Of a stretch of DNA of 16,211 nt, positions 1 through 8,263 are shown piece after piece. Origin of the DNA: an archaeon (GTDB lineage Archaea; Iainarchaeota; Iainarchaeia; Iainarchaeales; 1-14-0-10-31-34); assembly GCA_043815885.1 (NCBI GenBank), contig JBDRIL010000040.1, positions 1 to 16,211 of the forward strand. The letters run 5' to 3'. The position numbers were made by a program, and so were the translations under genes. Position 1 is the first letter of the stretch, and every line of letters starts with the position of its first letter. The notes beneath the pieces are model-generated. The model was not told where the DNA came from and did not search any database. It worked only from the letters and a program-made list of their open reading frames with translations.

Positions 1-924
1 TTTAATTTATTTGTTTTTTTTAATGCATTAAAAAAGGATTTTGATTTGGTTTATTTGAGTGCTTCTTCAATGCTTCCAGCAGCTCTTCTCTTGTCAAAAA
101 TTAAAAGAATTCCTTTGGTTTACCATGAATTCAACCACAATCCATGGATTGGGGGAAAGGATTTTTTATTTGATTTCTTAAGCAAAGAAAGCGTAAAGGC
201 ATCAGATTTAACTGTAACGCCATCCCTTTTCATTAAAAACAAAATAATTGAAAAGATTCCTTCAGTGAAGAAAAAGGTTATTCCAATACCCCCCGCTCTT
301 GATTTAAATGAATTTCCAAAGGCTTTTCCGAATAAAGAAAAAAAGATTATTTTTATTGGGAGGATTCTTGAGCATAAGGGGATTCATTACCTGATTGAAT
401 CAATGAAAGAATTAAGCAAGACAAACCCGGAATGGGTTTTAAGTGTAATTGGCCCAAAAGGGGAATTCAATAAAATAAGTAACAAATATTTTTCAAGAAT
501 AAAAAAAATGATTAAAGATTTTGGTTTAGAGAAAAAAATTGTTTTCAAAGGGCAGCTTTTAAGAAAGGAATTAATCAAAGAGTTGAGCACTTCCTCTCTG
601 CTTGTGTTTCCTTCCTCAGAAGAGGCATTTGGGCTGGTTTTAATAGAGGCTAACACCTGTTGGACGCCGTGCATTGCATTTGATTCCGGCGCCACAAAAG
701 AGATAATTGAACACAATAAAAATGGTTTTATTGTTAATAAGGGAAATCAAAAAGAGTTGACGGAAATGATTTTGAAATTAGTCAAGGACAAAAATTTAAT
801 GAAGCGTTTTTTCATTAATTCAAGAAAAACAGCAGAAGAAAAATTCGCACTCAACAAAAGGATAGGTGAATGGATTAAGTATTTGAATATAAAAGATTCC
901 AGGAACAATTCTTTAAAGGGATGA
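1..924 (+). CDS. Glycosyltransferase family 4 (GT-B), 5'-partial
   Basis: The frame is open from base 1 (FNLFVFFNALKKDFDLVY...), so the TTG at 46 is not the real start. It carries GT4 motifs IIFIGRILEHKG and FPSSEEAFGLVLIEA (EX7E) and GATKEIIEHNKNGF. Confidence 0.92.
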   Translation, partial: FNLFVFFNALKKDFDLVYLSASSMLPAALLLSKIKRIPLVYHEFNHNPWIGGKDFLFDFLSKESVKASDLTVTPSLFIKNKIIEKIPSVKKKVIPIPPALDLNEFPKAFPNKEKKIIFIGRILEHKGIHYLIESMKELSKTNPEWVLSVIGPKGEFNKISNKYFSRIKKMIKDFGLEKKIVFKGQLLRKELIKELSTSSLLVFPSSEEAFGLVLIEANTCWTPCIAFDSGATKEIIEHNKNGFIVNKGNQKELTEMILKLVKDKNLMKRFFINSRKTAEEKFALNKRIGEWIKYLNIKDSRNNSLKG

Positions 925-935
925 CGGCCCAGGAG
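912..935 (+). promoter_or_regulatory. Candidate TATA-like box (TTTAAA 912-917) and/or SD-like AGGAG (931-935) for the radical SAM gene
   Basis: TTTAAA ends 26 nt before ATG 944 and has a purine-rich AGGAACAA upstream, which fits archaeal BRE-TATA spacing. AGGAG lies 8 nt before the same ATG. The AT-rich background makes a chance match plausible. Confidence 0.3.
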
Positions 936-943
936 TATAGAGT

Positions 944-1933
944 ATGGATTCAAAAAAAATGAGTTATAGTGCAGCATCTGTTTTTCCTGCAAAACTCCTT
1001 AAGAGCAGAATAATAGACGAAAAGGGGAGAATAATTCCAATTCATTTACAGCTTAACCCTACAAATGCGTGTAATTTTAATTGTTCTTTTTGTTCCTGTT
1101 CCAGCAGAGACAAAAACCTAAGCCTTTCATTCGAAGAAATAAAAGAAATAATGAGCAAAGCAGCAGAATGCGGGTGTAAGTCAGTCACCATTACAGGGGG
1201 AGGCGAGCCATTATTGCATCCAAAGATTAACGAAGTAATTAGCTTACACAAGGAATTAGGGATAAAGGTTGGGCTTGTTTCAAATGGAAGTTTGATGCAT
1301 TTATTGAATCAGGAAAGTTTAAATTACATTACCTGGATTAGGATTTCTTCCTCAGACCATCTTACAGAACAATTAGGAAATAAAAGCTTGCAGGAATGGT
1401 TTGATGGAATAGAACAGGCAGTAAAAAAAAATCCAAACATTGATTGGGCGTTCTCCCATGTTTTGAGTGCTGAACCCGACTTTAATTTGCTTGAAGGAAT
1501 AGCCATGTTTGCAAATAAGCATAAATTCACTCATGTAAGGATTGTATCGGATTTACTTGACTTAGAGAATGTTCCAGACATGGGAGCGGTGAGAGAAGAG
1601 TTGAAGAGAAGAAAAGTGAATGATGAATTAGTAATTTATCAGGGAAGGAAAGAATCGACAAAGGGAACAAAGAGGTGTCTGATTTCACTACTCAAGCCAG
1701 TTGTGGGACCGGACGGAAAATTATACGCTTGTTGCGGCGTACAATATGCATTGGCAAACCCAAGCAGAGATTATGAGAAGGCTATGTGCATGGGAGAGGC
1801 AAAAAAGATAGATGAATTATTCAAAGAACAAAAATACTTTGATGGCTCTGTATGCATAAAGTGTTACTACAGCCAGTACAACGAGGTACTTGGAATAATA
1901 ACAAGTAAGGTAAGACACGAGGAATTCGTATGA
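944..1933 (+). CDS. Radical SAM protein with C-terminal twitch/SPASM-like cysteine domain
   Basis: CNFNCSFC (CX3CX2C) and TGGGEPLLHP (GGE motif). C-terminal C...GPDGKLYACC...CIKC. An alternative in-frame ATG lies at 959. Confidence 0.9.
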   Translation: MDSKKMSYSAASVFPAKLLKSRIIDEKGRIIPIHLQLNPTNACNFNCSFCSCSSRDKNLSLSFEEIKEIMSKAAECGCKSVTITGGGEPLLHPKINEVISLHKELGIKVGLVSNGSLMHLLNQESLNYITWIRISSSDHLTEQLGNKSLQEWFDGIEQAVKKNPNIDWAFSHVLSAEPDFNLLEGIAMFANKHKFTHVRIVSDLLDLENVPDMGAVREELKRRKVNDELVIYQGRKESTKGTKRCLISLLKPVVGPDGKLYACCGVQYALANPSRDYEKAMCMGEAKKIDELFKEQKYFDGSVCIKCYYSQYNEVLGIITSKVRHEEFV

Positions 1934-2448
1934 TTGAAGAATTAATTGAAAGAATTCAAAAATGTGTTGAAGAAAGGGACACTGTACTTGATTTAGGGTG
2001 TGGAATCATGGGCATAACAAAAAATCTGAAATGCAAGTCTGTGCTTGGAGTGGATGCATGGTATCCTTACCTTGATTCAGTCAAGGAAACCCAGAATGTG
2101 CTTTGTATGCCAATCAACAAAGACACGGTATCATATTTTGTTAACGATTCATTTGATGTTGTCACAATGCTTGACTTTGTAGAGCACTTTGAGAAAGAAG
2201 AAGCCTTTAACGTAATAAAACACGCTGAAAGGATTGCAAGAAAAAAAATCATTATATTCACCCCTGAAGGTTTCCTTGAGCAGGAAGACAGTCTTTCATG
2301 GGGCAAGGGCAATCCAAAATACCAGAAACACAGGTGCGGTTTTACTTCTCAGGAACTTGAAATGATGGGTTATGAAATCAAAAAGTTTCCCACTAAACAC
2401 GATGGGAAAGATATAGTAATGTTGTTGGGCGTGAAGGACTTAAAATGA
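1930..2448 (+). CDS. Small class I SAM-dependent methyltransferase-like protein
   Basis: Motif I VLDLGCG, GVDAW, and FDVVTMLDFVEHF (EH motif of Methyltransf_11/23-type proteins). ATGA overlap with the upstream stop. Confidence 0.85.
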   Translation: MIEELIERIQKCVEERDTVLDLGCGIMGITKNLKCKSVLGVDAWYPYLDSVKETQNVLCMPINKDTVSYFVNDSFDVVTMLDFVEHFEKEEAFNVIKHAERIARKKIIIFTPEGFLEQEDSLSWGKGNPKYQKHRCGFTSQELEMMGYEIKKFPTKHDGKDIVMLLGVKDLK

Positions 2449-3218
2449 AGATTTCAGTAGTAATCCCTGTTTTTAACACTGCCCCAAAATACATTAAGCA
2501 GTGTCTGGGCAGTGTATTTGCTCAATCATATAAGCCGTACGAAATAATAGTAGTGAATGACGGTTCAACTAGAAAAGAAACACTGCTTTTTTTAAGGGAA
2601 CTGGAAAAAGACAAGAGAGTGAGGTTAATAAACCAGGAGAATAAAAAGATAAGTGGCGCGCTCAACACTGGAATAAAAAACATGAAGGGAGAGTGGTGGG
2701 CAGGATTGAGTTCGGATGACATGTGGTTGCCCAACAAATTAGAGTGCCAGATTGATTATGCAAAAAATAATCCAGATGCAAAAGTAATGTATGCAGATTG
2801 GATGATGGTAAACGAGACAATCCCTCTTTTTAACAAAACATTGCCTGCTTGGTTGCTTCGAATACTTTGGAGATTGGGTTTTTTAGTTAGGGAGGTAAAA
2901 GAACAGAGCTTCTCTAACTTGCATGACCAACAACGGTATCTCACGCACTCTTACTTTGCAACCTGGAGTAACCTGCTTATTCATAAAGAAGTTTTTGATA
3001 AAGTGGGTTTATTCAATGAAGAATTTCCTTCTTGTGAGGATTATGAGATGAATATAAGAATTGCACAACATTACTTGTTCCATAAGGTAGAAAAAACTTT
3101 GATGAGATACAGAGTTCATGCAGGTCAGCTCTCAAATACGGAATGGGGATTTGAGGGAGGGGAAGGAAAAGAATATCAAGAAAAAGCAAAAAAACTTGCA
3201 CAAAAGTTGTATGGATGA
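2445..3218 (+). CDS. Glycosyltransferase family 2 (GT-A)
   Basis: ISVVIPVFN, IIVVNDGST, GALNTGI, LSSDD (DxD variant) and GLFNEEFPSCEDYEM. ATGA overlap with the upstream stop. Confidence 0.93.
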   Translation: MKISVVIPVFNTAPKYIKQCLGSVFAQSYKPYEIIVVNDGSTRKETLLFLRELEKDKRVRLINQENKKISGALNTGIKNMKGEWWAGLSSDDMWLPNKLECQIDYAKNNPDAKVMYADWMMVNETIPLFNKTLPAWLLRILWRLGFLVREVKEQSFSNLHDQQRYLTHSYFATWSNLLIHKEVFDKVGLFNEEFPSCEDYEMNIRIAQHYLFHKVEKTLMRYRVHAGQLSNTEWGFEGGEGKEYQEKAKKLAQKLYG

Positions 3219-3222
3219 TGTG

Positions 3223-4776
3223 ATGAAAAAGATTTCTGCAATAATTACAACAAAAAACGAAGAGAAAAACATCGAGAGATGCCTCAATAGCGTTAAGTGG
3301 GTTGATGAGATAATTGTAACCGATAATTTCAGTGAAGATAAAACATTAGAGTTATGCAAGAAATTCACTGATAAAGTATATCAAATCGATTTCGTTGATT
3401 ATGCTTTCAATAAAAATTATGCTTTAAAAAAGGCTTCAGATGAATGGATTCTTTCCCTTGATGCAGACGAAGTAATAACAGATGAACTTAAAAAGGAAAT
3501 CATTGGTTTGCGAGAAGGGTTTAATGGTTATTACCTTCCGATATTGAGTTTTCATGGAAAAAAACCGTTTGCGTTAACTAATCAAGTAAGGTTCTTCAGA
3601 AAATCCAAGGGGAGTTTTACAGGAAGAGTTCACGAGATAGTCGAGCTTGAAGGAGAGACTTCCAAACTCGTTAATCCAATCCATCATTTTTCCTACAGTA
3701 GCTTGGGACAATTAATTGAAAAAAACAAAAGATATGCCGAAATGGAGGCAATGGAATTAAAAAACAAGAAACTGTCTTCATTAATTTTATCGATGTTTGT
3801 TTCTCCGTTCAATCAATTAATGCATAAAGTATGGGAGACTATTTCTTACAGAAGACTCTTGTTTGGATTGAATGGAGTTCTTTGGAGTTTCTTCCTTGCC
3901 TGGATTCAATTCTTTAAATACTTTAACGCCATAAAATTCAAGTTCTCAGAAAAAACTATTTTAAATAACTCAAAATGTATTATTTGTGGGTCAAATAAAG
4001 GCAAAAAGCTTTTCTCAATAAATTCTTGGAAGGCGAAAGAAAAAGAATTCGGGCCATTCCAGATTGTCAAATGTAGTGGATGTGGTTTGGTTTACACTGA
4101 ACCAAAGTTAAAGGAAAGTGAATTGAAGAAAATATATGGTTCAATAGATTACAATGATTATACAAAAAGAATAGAAGAATTCTCTCTTGCTTCCAACTCT
4201 TTTCTTGAGAAGCTTGAAAAAATGATTCCAAAAGGCTCTTTTTTAGATTACGGTTGCGGGATTGGAGTTTTAGTGAAAACCGCTAACGAGAGAGGATGGA
4301 ATGCTGAAGGCTATGATCCATCCAAACCCTTAACTGATTTTGGAAGAAAAAAACTCAAGACAAAAATATTTTCTTCAAAGAAAAAATTGCAGAAGAAATA
4401 TGACGTGATAACATTAATTCACGTATTAGAGCATACACATAACCCAATAAAACTTTTAAACGAGTGCAAGGAATTCATGAAAAAAGATTCTACTTTGATA
4501 ATCGAGGTTCCAAATTTTAACAGTATTTACAGGATAATGAGAGGAAGGAACTGGTATCTTTTAAGCCCTTATGAGCACCTCTATCATTTTACGCTTCCTC
4601 CATTAGAGAATACGATAAAAAAGGCGGGGCTGGTTCCAGAGAAAAAATTTTTTGTTTTTAATGAATTAGGGAAAAAGACGAATTATTTTTTTATTTTAAA
4701 TAATTTTATAAGAAGGCTGTTTTTTTTTCTTGGGGCAGGGGAAGGAATCCGTATTTTTTGCAGGAAGAGTGGTTGA
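3223..4776 (+). CDS. Fusion of a WaaE/KdtX-like GT2, a Cys4 ribbon and a class I SAM methyltransferase (517 aa)
   Basis: Start moved to ATG 3223 (MKKISAIITTKNEE) because the track's upstream extension overlaps the previous gene. GT2 motifs: VTDNFSEDKT, LSLDADE, GRVHE. Then CIIC-x28-CSGC, LDYGCGIG, YDVITLIHVLEH and EVPNFNS. Confidence 0.9.
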   Translation: MKKISAIITTKNEEKNIERCLNSVKWVDEIIVTDNFSEDKTLELCKKFTDKVYQIDFVDYAFNKNYALKKASDEWILSLDADEVITDELKKEIIGLREGFNGYYLPILSFHGKKPFALTNQVRFFRKSKGSFTGRVHEIVELEGETSKLVNPIHHFSYSSLGQLIEKNKRYAEMEAMELKNKKLSSLILSMFVSPFNQLMHKVWETISYRRLLFGLNGVLWSFFLAWIQFFKYFNAIKFKFSEKTILNNSKCIICGSNKGKKLFSINSWKAKEKEFGPFQIVKCSGCGLVYTEPKLKESELKKIYGSIDYNDYTKRIEEFSLASNSFLEKLEKMIPKGSFLDYGCGIGVLVKTANERGWNAEGYDPSKPLTDFGRKKLKTKIFSSKKKLQKKYDVITLIHVLEHTHNPIKLLNECKEFMKKDSTLIIEVPNFNSIYRIMRGRNWYLLSPYEHLYHFTLPPLENTIKKAGLVPEKKFFVFNELGKKTNYFFILNNFIRRLFFFLGAGEGIRIFCRKSG

Positions 4777-4777
4777 A

Positions 4778-5893
4778 ATGAGGCTAGGAATTATTTCCCA
4801 AGGCTTTTCCCCTGATAAGTACAGCGGAGGGATAGGCAGATACTACTCAGAGTTAATTGAAGAACTAAAGAAAAAGATAGAAATACATGTTTTCACTGAA
4901 ACAGAGAGAAAAAATGAAGGAAACCTCTTCTTTCATTCAGTTAAACCAAAAAAAATTTTTCTTCCTCCAGTGAATAATTACCTGAATGCAAAAAATTACA
5001 GCAAGAAATTCTTTGAAAAATTAAGTGAATTAAAAAACGAGATTGATTTGGTGGAAGGCCCTCTTGGAATGTTGAATTCCTTTCATTACTCAAAAAATAA
5101 ATTCACTCCATTGATTACCTCGATCCAGACTCCTCTCTCGGAGGGATTAACGAAGAGAAGTCTTTTTCTTGATAGAAAAATGGTTTACAATTCAGAGAAA
5201 AGCATAGTAAAGAATTCTGATGCAATCGTTACAGCAACAAATTACGCAAAAGAGGGCATAGTGAAAGATTATTTTAGGATTAATCATCCAAAAATTGTAA
5301 CCATAAACCAGGGAATAAGTACAGAAAAATTCAGACCAATGAAAACAGAAAAAAAATTCGATGAACCAATAGTTTTGTTTGTTGGAAGGATTGAACCAAG
5401 AAAGGGATTAAAGGTTTTAATTGAAGCAATGCCTTTTGTAAAGGAAAAAGCAAAATTAATTGTTGTTGGAGAAGAACTGAATCAATCTCTCCCCTATCAC
5501 AGGGAAGTAATGGATTCAATTGAAAGAAATTCAGTTAAAGAAATTGATTTTTTTGGTTATCAGTCTGAGGAAAAACTGATTGAATTATACAATAAAGCTG
5601 ATTTGATTGTTGAGCCTTCCTTTTCTGAGTCAGCGTGTTATGTATTGATTGAGGGCATGGCTTGTGGAAAGGCAGTGATTGCTTCTTCCATTGGAGGAAT
5701 GAGTGAAATTGCGTTAAAGGAATTGCAGTTCAAGGCAGGAGACAGCAGGGGCTTGGCTGAAAGAATAGACTTCTTGCTGGAAAACGAAGGGGAAAGAAAG
5801 AATTTAGAGAAAAAAGCGAGAGAGAGGATTGTTAAAGAATACAGTATTAAAAAGAGTGCGGAAACCTACTTCAACCTATATTCTTCTTTTTAA
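4778..5893 (+). CDS. Glycosyltransferase family 4
   Basis: Start moved to ATG 4778 (MRLGIISQGFSP...GGIGRY), 1 nt after the upstream stop. Motifs VLFVGRIEPRKG and PSFSESACYVLIEGMACG. Confidence 0.93.
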   Translation: MRLGIISQGFSPDKYSGGIGRYYSELIEELKKKIEIHVFTETERKNEGNLFFHSVKPKKIFLPPVNNYLNAKNYSKKFFEKLSELKNEIDLVEGPLGMLNSFHYSKNKFTPLITSIQTPLSEGLTKRSLFLDRKMVYNSEKSIVKNSDAIVTATNYAKEGIVKDYFRINHPKIVTINQGISTEKFRPMKTEKKFDEPIVLFVGRIEPRKGLKVLIEAMPFVKEKAKLIVVGEELNQSLPYHREVMDSIERNSVKEIDFFGYQSEEKLIELYNKADLIVEPSFSESACYVLIEGMACGKAVIASSIGGMSEIALKELQFKAGDSRGLAERIDFLLENEGERKNLEKKARERIVKEYSIKKSAETYFNLYSSF

Positions 5894-5897
5894 TTCT

Positions 5898-5925
5898 TTT
5901 TAACCAATAAATAATTTGGTTAAAA
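5898..5925. repeat. Perfect 10-bp inverted repeat with 8-nt spacer in an intergenic gap
   Basis: TTTTAACCAA (5898-5907), TAAATAAT, TTGGTTAAAA (5916-5925). The right arm ends on the A of ATG 5925. Confidence 0.85.
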
Positions 5926-7097
5926 TGAAGTTGCTTTTCTTGCTTCCAAGGCACAATCTTGATTTAATGAGAGGGGATTCTGTTTACTCTAGGAGAATGC
6001 TGGAGGGTTTGGTTGAAGCAGAAAACGAAGTCCACGCAATAGCCCATGGAAGCAGTAAAAAAATTTTTGTTCATTCCCCGGGAAAACCCAGGTTGTTTAG
6101 AAGAGTATATCTGATGCCTTACACTAATTACCTTAAATTAATAAAGCTAAATGAATTGCTAAAAAAACATGAATTTGATTTAGTCATTAACCAAAACTTT
6201 ATTGTCTTCGGGGAAAACGGCTGGTTCAGTATTCCACAGTTATTTGAGAGAAGGAATTCCCTTCATGGAATGCTTTTAAAAAAAATAACTGAAAAACACT
6301 CTGTTCCTTTGCTCTACAAGATTAATGGAATGACTGAGAGGAATTCATTTGTTCCTTTTTATGCAGGGGAAACAAGAGAAATTCATCTTAAACAATTAAA
6401 GGAATCACAGGGAATAATCATGTTAAGTAAAAAGCAAAAAGAATTACTTGAGGGAGAAAACATCAGAAACAAGTTCTTTGTATTTTATCCTTCGCTTGAC
6501 ACGAAAAAATTCAAGAAAATAGAGAACTGCAATTACATAAAGAAAAAGTTTGGCCTGAATGACTTTAATCTTCTTTTTTTCTCAGCCTCTCATCCGGCAA
6601 ACGAAATGAGAAGCTTTTTTTCGGTTCTCTCAAAAACTGAAAAGGAAATAAATCTAGTGATGAACTGTGGTGAAAGCAGGGAATTAAATGAATTGATTAA
6701 TGAATTTGGTTTAAGGGAGAGAGTGAAGTTCATTGGAAAAGTCAAGGAGGAAGACTTGGTTCCATTAATGAGTTACTGCAAGGCGGGAGTTTATCTAAAA
6801 AAGTTTGCTCTCCCGATTGCTGATGCAAGTACGATTGTAAAGATTTCAGAATACATGGCTTGTTCTCTGCCAATACTGATTCCGGAAATGTCTGGTCCAA
6901 TAGAACAGATGGGAGAGGCAGGAATAGTGATGGATGAAAACGCAGTGGAAAAAATAAATGAATTATATTACAGTGAGTCTCTCAGAAAAAAATTGGAAAA
7001 AAAGGCAAGAGAAAAAGCTGAAAAGGAATTTGATTTAGAGAAGAATTCAAAAAGATTAAGTGAATTCTTTGAAGGAATAGCTGGAGAGAGAAGATGA
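5925..7097 (+). CDS. Divergent glycosyltransferase family 4
   Basis: Start moved to ATG 5925 (MKLLFLLP). GT-B-like layout with VKFIGKV, KISEYMACSLPIL and the terminal AREKAEKEFD helix. The canonical GR...KG and PS..E motifs are absent. Confidence 0.82.
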   Translation: MKLLFLLPRHNLDLMRGDSVYSRRMLEGLVEAENEVHAIAHGSSKKIFVHSPGKPRLFRRVYLMPYTNYLKLIKLNELLKKHEFDLVINQNFIVFGENGWFSIPQLFERRNSLHGMLLKKITEKHSVPLLYKINGMTERNSFVPFYAGETREIHLKQLKESQGIIMLSKKQKELLEGENIRNKFFVFYPSLDTKKFKKIENCNYIKKKFGLNDFNLLFFSASHPANEMRSFFSVLSKTEKEINLVMNCGESRELNELINEFGLRERVKFIGKVKEEDLVPLMSYCKAGVYLKKFALPIADASTIVKISEYMACSLPILIPEMSGPIEQMGEAGIVMDENAVEKINELYYSESLRKKLEKKAREKAEKEFDLEKNSKRLSEFFEGIAGERR

Positions 7098-8263
7098 AAA
7101 TAGCATATCTCATCAGAGAGGGAATTGAGGGAATTGTTAGCCCTTGTTATTATGAGTTAGTAAAAGAATTGGAAAAAAAGGGAAATGAATTAATTGTATT
7201 GAATGAAACAGGTTCTTTTGGAGATTTCGAATGCATTAGAGTTAACCCAAAAAAAGTAATTGACTATCCTTCAGGGGCATTCAACAAAATCCTTTACAGC
7301 AGGGCAGCGAAAAAAAAGCTGAAAGAATTAAAACCTGACTTGGTTTTTGGTTCATTGCCGGAATCAGTTTATTTTTTGCATGATCTAGACATACCTAAAG
7401 CAGTGATGGTACAGGATGATTTGAAGAATAGAATAAATTTCACTCCCCTGTTTTCGGAGTTTAAAGTGAAGTATGGATTTATTCCTTTGCCTGAATACAC
7501 AAAGCTTGGAGTGAAGATTGACTATTTCTTTCAGTTAAGGTCATTAAATAAATCTGATGGTGTTGTTTTCGTGAATAAAGAAGCAGAAAAGGAATTCAAA
7601 AAAAAGCCCTCCAACTTAACCAGAGTAATCCCAAATGGAGTGAACCCAAAAGACTTTGTTCTGGACTCGAAAACAAAGAGAGAGGTAAAAAAAATTAAAG
7701 ACTCCTTCCCTGAACCAATCTTTTTGTTTATGGGAAGGCTTGAATTACAAAAAAATCCATTGCTTTTTGTTAGGGCGGCAGAAAGGGTTCTTAAAAAAAA
7801 CAATGCGTTTTTTCTTATCACAGGGAATGGAGTTATGTATAAGAGAATCAAAGAGGAAATCATTAAATTAAATTTAACTGAAAGAGTAAAACTCTTGGGG
7901 TGGAAGGATGGTTTGGAGAAGAAGGCATTACTTCATGCTTGTCATGCTTTTGTTCTGCCTTCGCTCTTTGACCCAATGCCTGTCTCGCTCATAGAGGCAA
8001 TGTCTTGCTCCAAGCCTTCTATTGTCTCTAGTGTTGGAGGAATGAAGGAAACAATAGATGGAGAAACCGGGATTAAGGTTGAGCCAAATAACCTTGACCA
8101 ATTAGCCAATGCAATGAATTCTCTTCTCTCTAACCCAAAAAAAGCACTGCATATGGGAAAAAATGCAAAAAGAAGAATTCAAAAATTTTATGACTGGGAA
8201 AAAATAGCAGAAAACTACAATGATTTCTTTAATGAATTAATTGAATGGAAGGCAAAAAAATGA
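7094..8263 (+). CDS. Glycosyltransferase family 4
   Basis: VIPNGVN, FLFMGRLELQKN and LPSLFDPMPVSLIEAMSCSKP (DX7E variant). ATGA overlap; GGAG at 7083-7086. Confidence 0.93.
   Translation: MKIAYLIREGIEGIVSPCYYELVKELEKKGNELIVLNETGSFGDFECIRVNPKKVIDYPSGAFNKILYSRAAKKKLKELKPDLVFGSLPESVYFLHDLDIPKAVMVQDDLKNRINFTPLFSEFKVKYGFIPLPEYTKLGVKIDYFFQLRSLNKSDGVVFVNKEAEKEFKKKPSNLTRVIPNGVNPKDFVLDSKTKREVKKIKDSFPEPIFLFMGRLELQKNPLLFVRAAERVLKKNNAFFLITGNGVMYKRIKEEIIKLNLTERVKLLGWKDGLEKKALLHACHAFVLPSLFDPMPVSLIEAMSCSKPSIVSSVGGMKETIDGETGIKVEPNNLDQLANAMNSLLSNPKKALHMGKNAKRRIQKFYDWEKIAENYNDFFNELIEWKAKK

Noticed and set aside
944..1933. Assigning moaA, pqqE, btrN, waaE, wbbL or similar gene symbols
   Set aside because: Motifs support only family-level similarity. 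The first radical SAM protein, for example, lacks the MoaA CX2CX13C motif and C-terminal GG.
3118..3222. Track start for the 552-aa ORF, and similarly 46, 4730, 5916, 8245, 10786, 12083 and 13467
   Set aside because: Most extend into the upstream gene or use TTG, while family-typical N-termini begin at nearby downstream ATGs. For 46 the frame is open to the window edge.
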